Positions 25,387 to 37,733 of a stretch of DNA of 43,619 bases are shown here, in pieces. The notes below the pieces were generated by a model. That model saw only the letters and a program-made list of their open reading frames with translations. It was not told the DNA's origin and did not search any database. Numbering within the stretch: position 1 is the stretch's first letter; every line of letters begins with the position of its first letter. The stretch spans positions 529,968 through 573,586 of the forward strand of contig JAWQFM010000007.1 in assembly GCA_033442325.1 (NCBI GenBank), given 5' to 3'. This stretch comes from Salpingoeca rosetta (lineage: Eukaryota > Protista > Choanoflagellata). Both the position numbers and the translations under genes were made by a program.

Positions 25387-27701
25387 GCATCAGCATCAAC
25401 AGCAGCAGCATCATCATCGTGAACAGCAGGAGCAGCATCATCTCTGTTTGTGCTGTTGGAGAGGATAATGTGCCACTGCGACTGCACATGATCAAAGGCA
25501 ACAAAACACGATGCACCGTCTGCCTCGCTCCAGATGTGAACTCGCACAGCGAGAAGGATGGGTGGATCGCTGCTCCCCGTGATGCTGCTGATGGACTGGA
25601 CGTATGGTGACCCCAGCACATGCGCGTGAAAGTGCAGTGGAACCAGTGGCTGAGTCTGTTGGCGTGCGACAAACAGCGGAGCGGAACGCGCTGCTGCGCC
25701 GCCAAGCTGTACCAGTGTTGGTGAAGCTGAACCAGCATTTGGTCTGGGTGCTGCTGCTGCTTCATGAGACAGGATATCGAGAAGGGTCACATGAGCGATG
25801 GAGAGCGGCGATGGTGGTGTTGCGGGGGAAAGGGATGACACGTTGGTGTCAATGGTGACGAACTGCACACGTTGTTGATGTGACCGCCACCGCTCAAGGT
25901 GGAGGTACAGGGTAACAGCTGGTGTTGCAGATGACAGCATGGCGGTTGCGGTGTGCGAGCACACGTCAGCGTCTGTTGTGCCTGTGATATTTTGCAGAGG
26001 GGGAGGGAGGTCGCTCATGACACGGCGCCTGCGTTGCTGCGGCGTCAAGTCTGTCCATGCAGCAACACCAAAGAAGGCGCGAAAGGCGGACGCTGCCTGG
26101 GCAACAACAGGTGACGCGCCCCAACAGCCAGCTGATGCGTGCACACGCACGAGGACAGCGCCACCTCCAGTGAGGGCCAATACGCCTGTACGTGACAGAT
26201 TGAGGCGAACAGTTATGCTGCCTCTGCCTCCTCCTGCTTCTAGTTTGCGTTGCGTCACGGCAACAACAGATGGGTGCGGTGCAGTGGCGCTGGCGGTGGA
26301 TCCAAGTACCGCTTCTGGATGGAGGAGGGCAGCCCGGATGTCCTGAGACTGCGCGCACCAGAGCTGTAGCGGTGTCACGTCCACGGTGACGTTGAGATGC
26401 ACACCAGCAATACGAGGTGATGCTGTGGGGCTGGTCGACGTGGTGGTGGTGGTGGCTGTGTACGACGGAGACGGGAGGTGAAGCGCCCAGTGCGCAGAAA
26501 ACGGCGTAAAGGCGGTTGTCGTGGCCGTGCCGACAATAGCATGTGGTGTGCATGGGGGCGCGCCGCTTTGCACCGTGAGCGAGCAGTCCACGCGCCGAGA
26601 TGATGATGATACGGGACGTGCGCGTGGCAATTGGAATGCTGGCGCACATGTTGCTCGCAGGCACGTTGTGTCGGACGTAGGATCGCATAGGACCACGGCG
26701 GGCAGCGAGGTGCTGTTTGTGAGTGCGAGGAGCGCGGGCGCAACGACGAGGCTGAATGCCAGGCGGACATGATCTTGCGACGTCTGAAGGATGCGCACGG
26801 CAGGGTCCACGAGTTGCACCTGCGCGGTGTTGCTATTGCTTTCATTCTTGGCATTGGCAGAGCTGGAAGGTGGAAGCTTGGCAAGGGTGCTTGCGAGCTG
26901 ATGGCGCTGGCGCTGTCCAACGTAAGCCAAGGGAACGTCGCCGATTGCCAGCGACACGGTGGTGGAAGAAGAAGCAGACGAAAGTGATGAAGACGAAGAC
27001 GAAGAGGACGGAAACGAAGACGAAGACGAAGGAAAGAGGGCGTCGGGGTCTGAGATGATGATGGTGGTGGGTCGAAGGGTGAGGCGATTTCCGGGAACAA
27101 AGACTGATGGGTTCGTCACCGCCATTGGGAGCCTCTTGCGCCGCTTCAAGGCGGCGAAGCGATCCTCTTTTGGTCCCGTGGAGGTCGAGGAGGAGGCCCC
27201 GGGTGTGCATGGTGCCGCTGCTGAAGGCGGTTGCGGAGAGTGTGTGGCCGAGGAGAGCAGCTCCTGGATGGAGAGCAGGTCTTGGCGAGGCCAGGTTGTG
27301 TGCAGCGTGGCAGGGAGGTATTGCAGTGTTGATTCATAGTCGCTGGTGACGCAGATGGCTGTTGAAGAGCAGAAGCCGAAGCCGGCCGACGCGGTGTGGC
27401 AGAGATCGTTCACTGGGGCGGGCCCAACAGGGGCGCAGGTGTCATCCGGCATGCACAGGCCGCGCACGCACGATCTCCATGTACACGGGGAGAAGGCAGG
27501 CCTGCCTGCGCATTGTGCTGCGGCAGAAGCTGCGCTTGCGATTGGTGATGCTGGGAGGATGGCCAGGAAGAGCAGGAGGGAGCCTACAACGTAGCCTGCT
27601 GCAACTGTGACAAACCCACCAGCAGGCACCACGGCCACCAGCACCACAGCTGTTCGCCGTTCATCGCTGCCGCTTCTTGCTCCTGTTAAGGAGCAGGCCA
27701 T
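17820..27701 (-). CDS. Very large (~3030 aa) single-pass membrane protein: diverged TMEM132-like ectodomain, cohesin-like/RxRR/dockerin-like segment, LamG-like domain, TM helix, disordered cytoplasmic tail
   Basis: Exons 27701-19565, 19181-19060, 18919-18720, 18465-17820 (GT-AG, in phase, 9105 nt). Hydrophobic N-terminal leader (YVVGSLLLFLAILPASPIASA). TM segment WVTLVLILALIIALIVAIILLA is followed after splicing by RRKKR. LWFHIAVTIG...LWLDG is LamG-like. C-terminus is ...YASTHF*. Confidence 0.75.
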
Positions 27702-28166
27702 TGAGTGAGGGCTTGAAGCGCAGGGAGGCGCTGGGTGGGTAGATTGCGTGTTTGGGTGTTTGGGTGTTTGGGTGGTTGGCTGTTGTGTTCGGTTGGTTGT
27801 GGGTGTAGAGGTTGGCGAGGTCGCGAAGCACAACAGCAGCGGTGGAGCGAGCTGCTTGCAGGCAAGCAAACAACAGCCGTGTTGAGATGCGCATTTGCGA
27901 CACCACAAACTGTGGTGAAACCAAGGGGCACAATTCGCCGCTTTGTGTGTTGTTCTCGACGACCACTGGCTGGCGCAACTCGACGACCCTCTCCAGCCCC
28001 TTGTGCTTTGTGCTTTGTTGTTGTGTGTGGTTGCAGCCACGCACTTCTGCACTTGTCACATCAAACACTGCTGTGCCACTGCTTGATAAGTGAGCATTTT
28101 TTTCCCAAAGCACCCTTCCTCTCCTCCTTCTCTCTCCCCATCTCACCACCGCTCCCACCCCTCGCG
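27702..28166. promoter_or_regulatory. Short divergent intergenic region (putative bidirectional promoter) between the TMEM132-like membrane protein and the GREB1-like gene
   Basis: Head-to-head ATGs at 27701(-) and 28167(+) with 465 bp between them. Confidence 0.45.
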
Positions 28167-31100
28167 ATGTCCGACCTCAAGGACGCCCAAGCAAATCAAG
28201 CCTCGTCCGCATCAGGACAGCAGCAGCAGCTGTCCGCAGCTGGGCCAACCAACGGCAACGCAGCCATGCACGGCACACCCAGCCTGGTCCCACACATCCC
28301 GTTCCTGCTTCCCTCAATGCAGCAGCCACTGTTTCCTTTGGTTCAGCAGCAACAGCAGCAGCAGCAGCCGGCAACGGCCGCAGGAATGCCGCGAAGCACC
28401 ACGCAGACCACATTGCCCGCAATGCTGCAGCGGACAACCTGGGCGGCTACCACGCAGCAAGCGCCAGTGCCCCTCCAACCAACATCCACGTCCGCACCCA
28501 CGTCCGCATCTCACCCTGCCACTGCTGGCGATGCCGAGCCGCCAGCCAAGAAAGCCAGAAGAGTTAGGAAGCACGGCCAGTCTGGTGCGCGTGCGGGCTC
28601 CGAGTCGTCTTCAACACAAGGGTCAACGTCATCGGCCGCTTCCTCGTCGAGTTCCTCGTCCTCCAGCTCCTCCAGGCCTGCATCCACACGAAAGGCTGCA
28701 GGTGGCTCGGCGCCCAACGCCAACAAGAGCAGGAAAGGCAAGAAGGACACCAAGGACAAGAAGGACAAGAAGGACAAGAAGGACAAGAAGGAAGATGCCC
28801 CTACAGGCGCAAACCCGAAGGACGGCAAGCGGAGCTCCCCCTCAGCCTCACCAAAGCCACAAGCCAAGCAGCCGAGAGGTAGCGCCAGCAACAAGAAGAG
28901 CAAGCCAGCCGATGCAAGCCGCCCCCGCGACACGGACAGCACACCCCGAAAAGCGAGCAGTTCCTCTACGCAGCGACGCTCATCATCTGCAGACAAGAAG
29001 AAGTCGCCACGAACTGCATCGCAGACCATACCAGCACCAGCATCAGCATCGAAGGCACGAGCCTCCTCCTCCTCCTCCTCGTTGTCAGCGGCATCTTCAT
29101 CGTCGTCGGTGGCGGCATCCTCCTCCAAGCGACGCCGCAGCTCCGCCGCCGCCGCTGCTGCTGCCACGAGTGGCGGTGGTGCTCGGGTCACATCCACCAC
29201 GAGTACGTCAAATGGCACGGCCAGAGCGAGCGATGACGATGGCCAAGACCTGCCACTGCAGTTCGTGGCGCTGCGCTGTGTCAAGGAGCAGCTCCCACCA
29301 ATCTTGCAGCCGCACTTTCTGGAGAACATTGACATGCGCAACCCAAGCAGCTCCATCGAGGAGATGCAGATGATGTACTGTTTCGTGACGTTCATTGCGG
29401 ACGACACCATTGCGGCCTTTGAGCAGAGCACGAGCAAGCGCGCAGACATCACCGACGCAGTCAACCGCCTGCGTCAAGTTGCAAGAAAGACGCTTGAGGG
29501 GCGTGCGCATATGAACCGCGCCACCATCGAGGCCCTGCTTCGCTTCAATGCCGAGATGATTGACATGCCCGTCGTTGCCGACGCGAACGAGCTTGATGAG
29601 GCGACCATGAAGAGCGTCAGCAGCGACACAGCCATCTTCGTCATGAACCCGTGCGGCGTGCTGTTCCGCGCCAGCGACATTGCCGTGGACGAGGAGGACC
29701 CCGACCTCAATGACGACACGGCCGTGGGCGCGCTCTCACCGCCGCACATTGGCGACGACCCCGACCTCGACACGGCCGTCGGAGCCATGCACGGCAGTAC
29801 CCCCGAGCAGCACGGCTTTGCTGGCAAATTCACGGAGCCGATTCATGACCTGCAGGTGATTCCCACGTCCCCGGTCGACCAGCAGCAGGCGGGCACCAGC
29901 GCCCCCAACATCTACCCGCACCAGCAGGCCGTGGGCGCCAGCGTGTTTGACCACATCCGCACCACGCTGCTGGCCTTGGAGCTGGACATTGAGAGAGACA
30001 GCATCGATGCGGCTGCGCGACTGCCGTTTGATGAGCTTGGCGGCATCCTCATGTTGGTGCCCAACTTCAACTCCCTGTACGCGCAGACGCGCTCGCGTGC
30101 ACAACAGTTCCTGCGGCAGCAAGGCGTTCCCGAAGACAGGGTGTTGGTGGTGAAGTGCAACATGACCATGACAGAGGAAGTCACCGCCTTCTGGCGGGCA
30201 GTGGAGACGAACAGGAACAAGTTGTTTGTGGTGCTGCACGACGAAGCGCACTGGGCCATCGACAAGTCCCCCGCTGACGACAGCCCGAGTGGTGTTGCTG
30301 ACCTGTTCCTCAACCAACCCAGAAACGACAGGGTTAAGGATGCGCCCAACCTTGTCCGCTTGCTGGTCACAGCCACGCCCTATGCCTTGCAGACCCAGAT
30401 CTCCAGGATTCACTTTGCAAACGAGATCCACTGGGATGCCGTCACGCGCGGCAGCGAAGAGTCGTCTGGTGAGAATGTGTTGTGTGTGTGTGTGTGCGTG
30501 TGTGCGTATTTGTTTGTGTTGGTATGTGTATTTGTGTGTGTAATTGTGTGTGTGTGTGTGTGTGTGCGTGTGTCTATCCCTGTAGGTGTGATTGCAGCAG
30601 CTTGTCAATCAGTTTCAGTTCTCACCAATTGATCAACCACACACACACAAATACGCCCACACACTCACACGAACACAAACACACACACACACGCACACAC
30701 AACAGAGAACCACGGGCCGCGATACTTTGGACTGCTTGACCTGCAGGCACATCTGGAGGACACGTCGGACCGGCAGCGAATCATTGTGGATGCGCCATTT
30801 GCGGACATGGTGTCCGACTACGTTGGGCGTCGCAGCAAAACCGCGCGCGAACAGCTGATTGCCACGTTCTTCGAGTGCTACGAGGCGGCCTTTCTCCTGG
30901 CCCTCAACGACCTCGCGCGCAACCACATCCCCAACAGAGAGCAGCTGGAGAGCCGCACAACGAAAGTGACGCACAACATGATCACCCGCTTCCTCAGGGC
31001 GACGACCAGCACCAACGGCCATGGACACATGCTCCTCATCCGCGTTGTCAACAACCGAATGGGCCGCGTGTTGACGGAGCGGCTAAGAGAGCTTCGCGCC

Positions 31101-34100
31101 AAGCTTGGCCTTGACAAGCGGTTTGCGGTACTGCAGGACACCAGCGCCGACCCACTGCGACGCGTGCTTGAACTTGATGAGCGCAGCTCCGAGTGCCTCT
31201 CGCGGCTGCAACAGATGACGGGCGCAAGCGACATTGCCAGCTATGAGCAGCTGGAGCACCTCCCATGCATCCTTGTGCTCTGCGACAAGGGCCGCATGGG
31301 CGACACCTTCCCCAAGTCGCTGCAGTACTACGACCTCCGCCTGCGGTACGGTAGCTCCTCCACGCGCTCCTACATGGAACAGGATCTCGGACGCATGTTC
31401 CGGTACGCGCGCAGTCTGGACGAGCTTCCCCTATGTCTGTTGCCGCCAACGGCACACGAGTGCCTCCAGCGAAGCCTCACACACCTCTCCCCTGACGCCA
31501 AGGTGTGTGCGTGTGATCCTGTGAATGTGTGTGATCATGTGTGAGTGCGCGTGTGTGAGTGTGTGCGTGTGTGTGATCATGTGTGAGTGCGCGCGCGTGA
31601 ATGTATGTGTGTGTGCGTGCGCGCGTGATCAATTATGTGTTCCCTACTGCTTCCATCCCGCCTTCATCTTGCATGGACAAACATGACTTCTTCTCACTCA
31701 CCATCTGTCTCACTTCTCACTCTCCCTTGACTTGGTACTTCCAGGTGCGCATGGCGCGTGAGCGTGGCGATGTGCAACTGCCCCGGCCAAAACCGAACGA
31801 GACGCTGACCCAGCGTGACGCGCGCTACTACCGCAGGTTTGCTCGCCCAACAAGCAAGAACTACGACGAAGGCAACCGCCGGGGTGCAGACCCACGCCGC
31901 TTCCTCCTGCAGGGCAAGCCGCAGGTGGGGAAGACGGGCGCGTACCTGTGGGCGCTCAAGCTGCTCGCTGAGCACCTCAACACAACAGCAGCACCCGTGG
32001 AGACGGAGGAGGTGGTGGTGTGCTGTGACGACGACGACTTTGATGATGAAGGAAACGAGCGGTTCCCTGCTATGGACGAGGATGAGCAGCAGCAGCAAAA
32101 CCACCGCGGCGTGCTGCCTGTGCACACGGTGGTGCAATCCCTGCCCTTTGTGGCGCCACAGCCCGGCAAGTATGGCGCCATCATCATGGACCAGCGTGTG
32201 CACGCAGCGCGGCTGGCAGCAGCAGAGGCAGCGGCACACGGCGACAATGGCGACGTTGTTGTGGATGGTGCACCCGGGAACCGGTCACGACTCGTGGTGC
32301 GCAAGACTGTGAGCAGCGAGTATGCGCTCATGGCGCGACCACAGCCGCCGTCAGCTCAGGCGGCAGCAGGCGACAGCGCTGTCGTGGCCGAGTTTGCGCC
32401 GCCGGTCGTGGCTGAGCTGAGCGTGAACAGCGACAACGAGATCAACCGTGAGAGGACGCTGGGCAGCCGATGGCACATTCCCGCAGCCAAGGCGGGCCTG
32501 TTCCAAGGGCTCACCAGCCGTGACAACAACGGCACCGCTGCTGCGTTTGAGCGCATTCGTGTTGAGGACCTTGACATGCCCGTCGTGTTTATGCCATCGA
32601 GTGGGCGTGCCGCCATCGGCCTCCTCGACCTCAGCAGAACACTCCGCAGTCGTCAGAGCAATAGCAGCGGGAACAGCAGCACAAGCAGCAGTGACAACAA
32701 CGGCGGTGGCGACGGTGGTGTTAGTGCGCTGCAGGTGATTGTGGTGAAACAGGGCGAGTTTGACGCCTATTGCAAGCACTACCCCGACGTGGTGGTGTGT
32801 GCGCTGCCAGAGGCTGCAAGCAGCCCTGACAAGGGCATTGGTGCGAGCCGCGACTTCATCAAGCGGTTTGCCACGCTCAACCTCGACCTGACCCGCCACG
32901 CAGCGCTTGCTGGCGGTGTGAGGCTGGGGCGGGTTGCGAGCCTCATCCTCATGCTGGACGACTCGTGCTTGGTGTTCAAGCGTGCCGTCGTGAAGCAGGA
33001 TCCCTGCGACTTTCACACTGCTGATGATGTTGATGTTGTGGACGGCGCCCAGCATGGCGGTGCGAGCGACGATCACCAGCGAGAGTGGAGGTGGGACTGG
33101 GCGAACCGTGAGAGCCGCAGTGAGTTCACCATGGAGGACGTGCCGCTGCTGCACGTGCTGCAGCACATGCTGAGCGACCCTGAGCTGCACAGGTACGCGC
33201 TGATGGGCATTTCGCGCTGGCATCCATTCTTGCGCAACATGCAGAGCGCGTACAAGCGGTCGCACGTGTACTCCTTCCAGCTGCTGAACGTGGACCTGAC
33301 ACGCGACGTGCACTACGAGCCGGGCGATCTGCTGTTTGAGGACATCCGGTTCAACGAGCGGATGTACGCGCGGGATCTGCTGTTTGTCAAGTACTGTCGC
33401 TTCTTGGTGATGAAGAAGCAGCTGGCTGAGGGCGGCTGCAGCGCCCTGCTGGAGGAGGCGCAGGCGGATGCGCAGAAGCCGACGCACGAGCGCAGGTTTG
33501 AGGTGACCGTCCCTCCTCCCTCAAGCAACGATGGTGCACCGGCACGCGATGACGGTGCAGACGGTGCGATGTTTCCTGTCACCGTTCCTGCCATCCCGAC
33601 AGCTGAGCTCGTCGCTGCCGTTGGGGGCAACGCAGGTGACTTGCTGGAGCGGTTGCGGGATGCGCTTCGCACGGTGTTGCATTCCGATCTCATGCCACTG
33701 CTGAAGCTGGAGCTGGTTGAGCCCCGCATGCTGTGTGCGCCGCCAAGCACATCGCCCCGCCCCCACCGCGTGCTGTGTCGGGTGTGTCTGAAGGAGGCTG
33801 GCCAACCGCTGACGGTGGAGGGCTTTGAGCAGCTTGAGGCGGCGCTTCCTCACGTTGCTGTCCACGCGTGCGCGCGGCCGTCTGCACCCCTGGCGACCGT
33901 GCTGCGGTTTATGCAGCTTCACCTGGGCGCATTGCCCGCTGGTGCGCAGGTGGTCACGCTCGGCGAGAAGCCAGCACGTGACGCAAGCGTGGACACCGTT
34001 ACCGACGGCATTGAGCACGCCAGCGTCGTGGCGTCGTACACGGCGCACCCGGTTGCCATGCGAGGGCTGGCAAGCAACGCTGACTTCCGGGTCATTCTCT

Positions 34101-34222
34101 TTGACATGCACAATGCCAGGGACGTGCGCGGGCTCAACTCGCTCGTGACCAATGCAGGCCCGAATGTGCAGTCAAGTTACTACTTCCACTTGGGCTGGGT
34201 CGTGGTCATGCAGCGCACATAA
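28167..34222 (+). CDS. GREB1: GREB1-like protein (~1858 aa): low-complexity N-terminus with NLS, permuted SF2 helicase, C-terminal TAGT/JGT-like GT-A glycosyltransferase
   Basis: Exons 28167-30468, 30706-31502, 31745-34222 (5577 nt, in phase). RRFLLQGKPQVGKTGAYLWAL resembles GREB1 RRLLLSGPPQIGKTGAYL. GT region: VFMPSSGRA..VIVVKQGEFDAY..HYPD..LP..GIGASRDFIK..LMLDDS..SHVYSFQLLNVDLT..Y....FEDIRFN. Helicase motifs: HDEAHW, TATP, KGRMGDTFP, EQDLGRMFRY. Confidence 0.85.
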
Positions 34223-34562
34223 CCATGCATGAACCTGATGGGATGGAGGGATTGGTCTTGTATTGTGTTGTTTGTTGTGAGTATGTGTGCATGTGAGTAT
34301 GGTTGTATGTGTGTACGTGTGAATGTGTGTTTTGTGTATTTGTGTATGTGTGTGCGTGAGGTGTATGTGTGCGTCTCTTTTATTTTATTTTGCTTTCATG
34401 TGTTTGTGTATGGGGGGGGGGGTGGTGTTTGCACGCTCCTCATTGTGTCGACGTTGCCTGCGATGTTCAGTTCTCTTTTGTTACAATTTTGCGTGTCTCA
34501 CACCGCAACAGCAGACAACATACAACATACAAGATCAGTCGTAACAGCAACATTGCGGAAGA

Positions 34563-34700
<138 letters not shown>

Positions 34701-34799
34701 CAGACACACACAGAGCAGACATACACGAACTGAATTCAGTCGGACCATGATTATTCAGCTAAATCTCGGAACATTTTTCTACACTTGTGTTTGCAAAAC

Positions 34800-36919
34800 A
34801 TGCTGCCTGGAACAGCGGTTGTGAGCCAACAGCTGCAAACGGCGCTGCGGATGCGCCCTCGCACTGGCACAGGTGATGCTTGGACCGACGATGACCGGTG
34901 CATCCTGGTCACGGGTGCTTCTGGAACAGGGAAGACCACGTGGCTGCGACACTTCATGACCACGAACGGTATATGTGGATGCAGACACGTGCAATGCAGA
35001 GAAAAGAAGAGCACTGCTTGCTTGTCATGTCCTCTCACATTGTCATGTTGTGTGATGTGGCTTCTCTAGCCTCTCCTCTCCTTTCTCATTTTTTTTTCCG
35101 TGACGGTTGTTCAGGCGTGGCATTTGAGGAGACAAGCGCCGATGCGTTTTTCACGGCCTCGGATCAGTTTGCAGCGATCAATCGCCGTTTCAAGCGCGCC
35201 GTGCGTATGCGGTTTTTTTGTTTGTGTTTGTGCTTGATTCTGTGTGTGTGTGTGTGTTCATGTGTGTTCGTGTGTGTTCATGTGTGTGTGTTTGTGTGTG
35301 TGGTGCTTGCGGGGATTCTTCTCACTCGCTGGTGCGATGGAAGCGTCTGATATTTTTGATGCTGGGTGTATTGCAGGTTGAGCGCGGTAAGCAAGCTCGG
35401 TTTGTGTGGATTCTGGACAACTTTGAGATGGTGGGCGCCAAAACCTTTCGCAGGTCAGTTCACAGCTGTTCCAGAGCACTCTGCGTGTACACGCCACTGC
35501 TTTCCTCATCTCATGTGCTCACGTCCGTGGCCACCTCACGGCACATGAACAACAACAAACAAACACCAAACAACAAACAAACAGTATCGTTGAATCGCAT
35601 GTGAAAGCACACTTCCTGGACGCCCTTCGAAAGTTTACACAGAGGACGGCACGCCACAACACCTACATTGTTGGTGTGTTGCTGCTGTTGCTACTGTTGT
35701 GTGCTGTCAAGAGGGGAGCATACAGGGAGGAGCACGTCAGTCACTGTTGTTGTTGTATGTGTGTGTGTGTGATTGCAACGATTATGTTTTCTGCTGCCTT
35801 TTCATCACACACGCAAACATACACACACACACACACGCAAACATACACACACACACGCAAACACACGCCAAAAGCCGTGACAAGCAAGCCCGATCAGCTT
35901 GACGAGCGGCTTCAGCGGTTTGGACAATTCTTCCACACGTGCATTGAACTGTCTGCACCAACGGCGCGCGTACGCCGGGAGATTGTGGAGATGTTTCTTC
36001 AGAAGCGACCCAGCACGAGGGACACGCATGGTGGTGGGGATGGTGACACGCACGATAACAAGGGACAGCAGCAGCAAGAACAGGGGGATTGCGACGGGAA
36101 GAAAGTCGAGGCACGCGCGGACAGACCGCTGTCTCATCGCAAATCAGCGACAGATACATGGCAGCGCTTTTCGCAAGGTTGGCTGGTGCTTGTGTTGATC
36201 GCAGAAGCCACGCATGCCTCGTATTGCTTTGCATTCTCTTCGCAGCCACTGGTGTTGCTGCTGCATCTTCTGCTGCTTGGTGCCTATTGGAGCCACACAT
36301 TGCTTGAATCACGCTCGTCCATGCTCCCGCACCACCTCACACCACCTCCCCGTTGTCATCGCCAACCAACGACTCCCCTCACTCTGTCTCCTTCTCCAAT
36401 GTCCGTCCACGTGTATCTAGATCTAGCGCGGTTGATAGAAGCGCGCGGGCACGGGTTCAAAGCGGGCGATATACAGGCGTTTCTGCAGCAGGCACTCACC
36501 CGCAACAGCCGCATCTACGACAAATACGGCCGCTGTGCAGGGGTGAGGGAGCTGGCTGTTTGGCTGCACAAGTTTCGAGGAACGCTTCCATCGTCCACAG
36601 TTCCATCTGGCACCCACCTCTCCCTGGCTGACCTTTGCGGTATGTGTGTGTATGCGTGCATGTATGTGTGTGTGCTTGTACATGTGTGTGCGTGCATGTG
36701 TGGTTGGCTGCTGACCTGCATGTTGTCTCATCACTGTCCAAAGTGTTGGACACTGACCTTGTCAAGTCATCAAACTGCGTACCCTGACAAGTGCACCTCG
36801 ACTGACCAACGCAACCACTTTCACACACACGCACACACACACACACGCACATGCATGCACACATACATGCACACATACATGCACACATACATGCACACAC
36901 ATGCACACCTCTCCCCGCC

Positions 36920-37007
<88 letters not shown>

Positions 37008-37678
37008 GTTGCAGGGTGCTGTGCGGTGAAGCGGCAGCTGTGGCAGTACTTCCTCACACCGCTGGCCGCCGCCATGGCGAGCGCAGCGGATGGCTGTGAT
37101 GACGACGCGCCTTTCGCCTCGCGCGATGCACAGCAGATGCACCGGGGAGACGCCGAAGCGCAGGCGTGTGGCACGGCTCCTTGCGATGCAGTACACCCAA
37201 CGTCAACAGCAGCGCCCGTGCCAGCGCCAGCGCCGGTGTCGGTGCCATTGCGACGAGGGACAGCGCATGCGAGTGTCCGCCCATCACACGGCATCCTGTT
37301 GCATGGGCCAAGCGGCACGGGCAAGACGAGCCTTTGTCTGGCAACAGCAGCCGCCGCGGGCCTGAATGTGATCCACGTGCTCGGCTCCAACATCCGCTCC
37401 AAGATTGTTGGCGAGAGCGAAGCTGCCGTGGCCAAGGTTTGGGGTTGTGAAGCAATGCGAGGGTGAGGGCGGGGGATGCCGGATGGCTGTGCTGCCCACA
37501 AGACACACAAAATCACACACACACACACACACACGCACACTTATCCTCTCGACAACCTTGACTGATTGCATCGCTTTGTCGTCAGGTGTTCCGCGACGCC
37601 GCCAACTGCCGCCCGTGTGTTCTTCTCGTCGACCAGCTCGAGTCCATCTGCGGCAAACACGTGAGAAGGCGGGGGAGT

Positions 37679-37733
<55 letters not shown>

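Noticed and set aside
27702-28166. N-terminal extensions of ORFs 19515..28052(-) and 27735..30632(+)
   Set aside because: They start at non-ATG codons, overlap each other and have UTR-like composition. ATGs at 27701 and 28167 are preferred.
28511-30608. Minus-strand ORFs (317 aa, 290 aa) opposite the GREB1-like gene, and 14371..15177 opposite GDH2
   Set aside because: Antisense shadows of well-supported genes.
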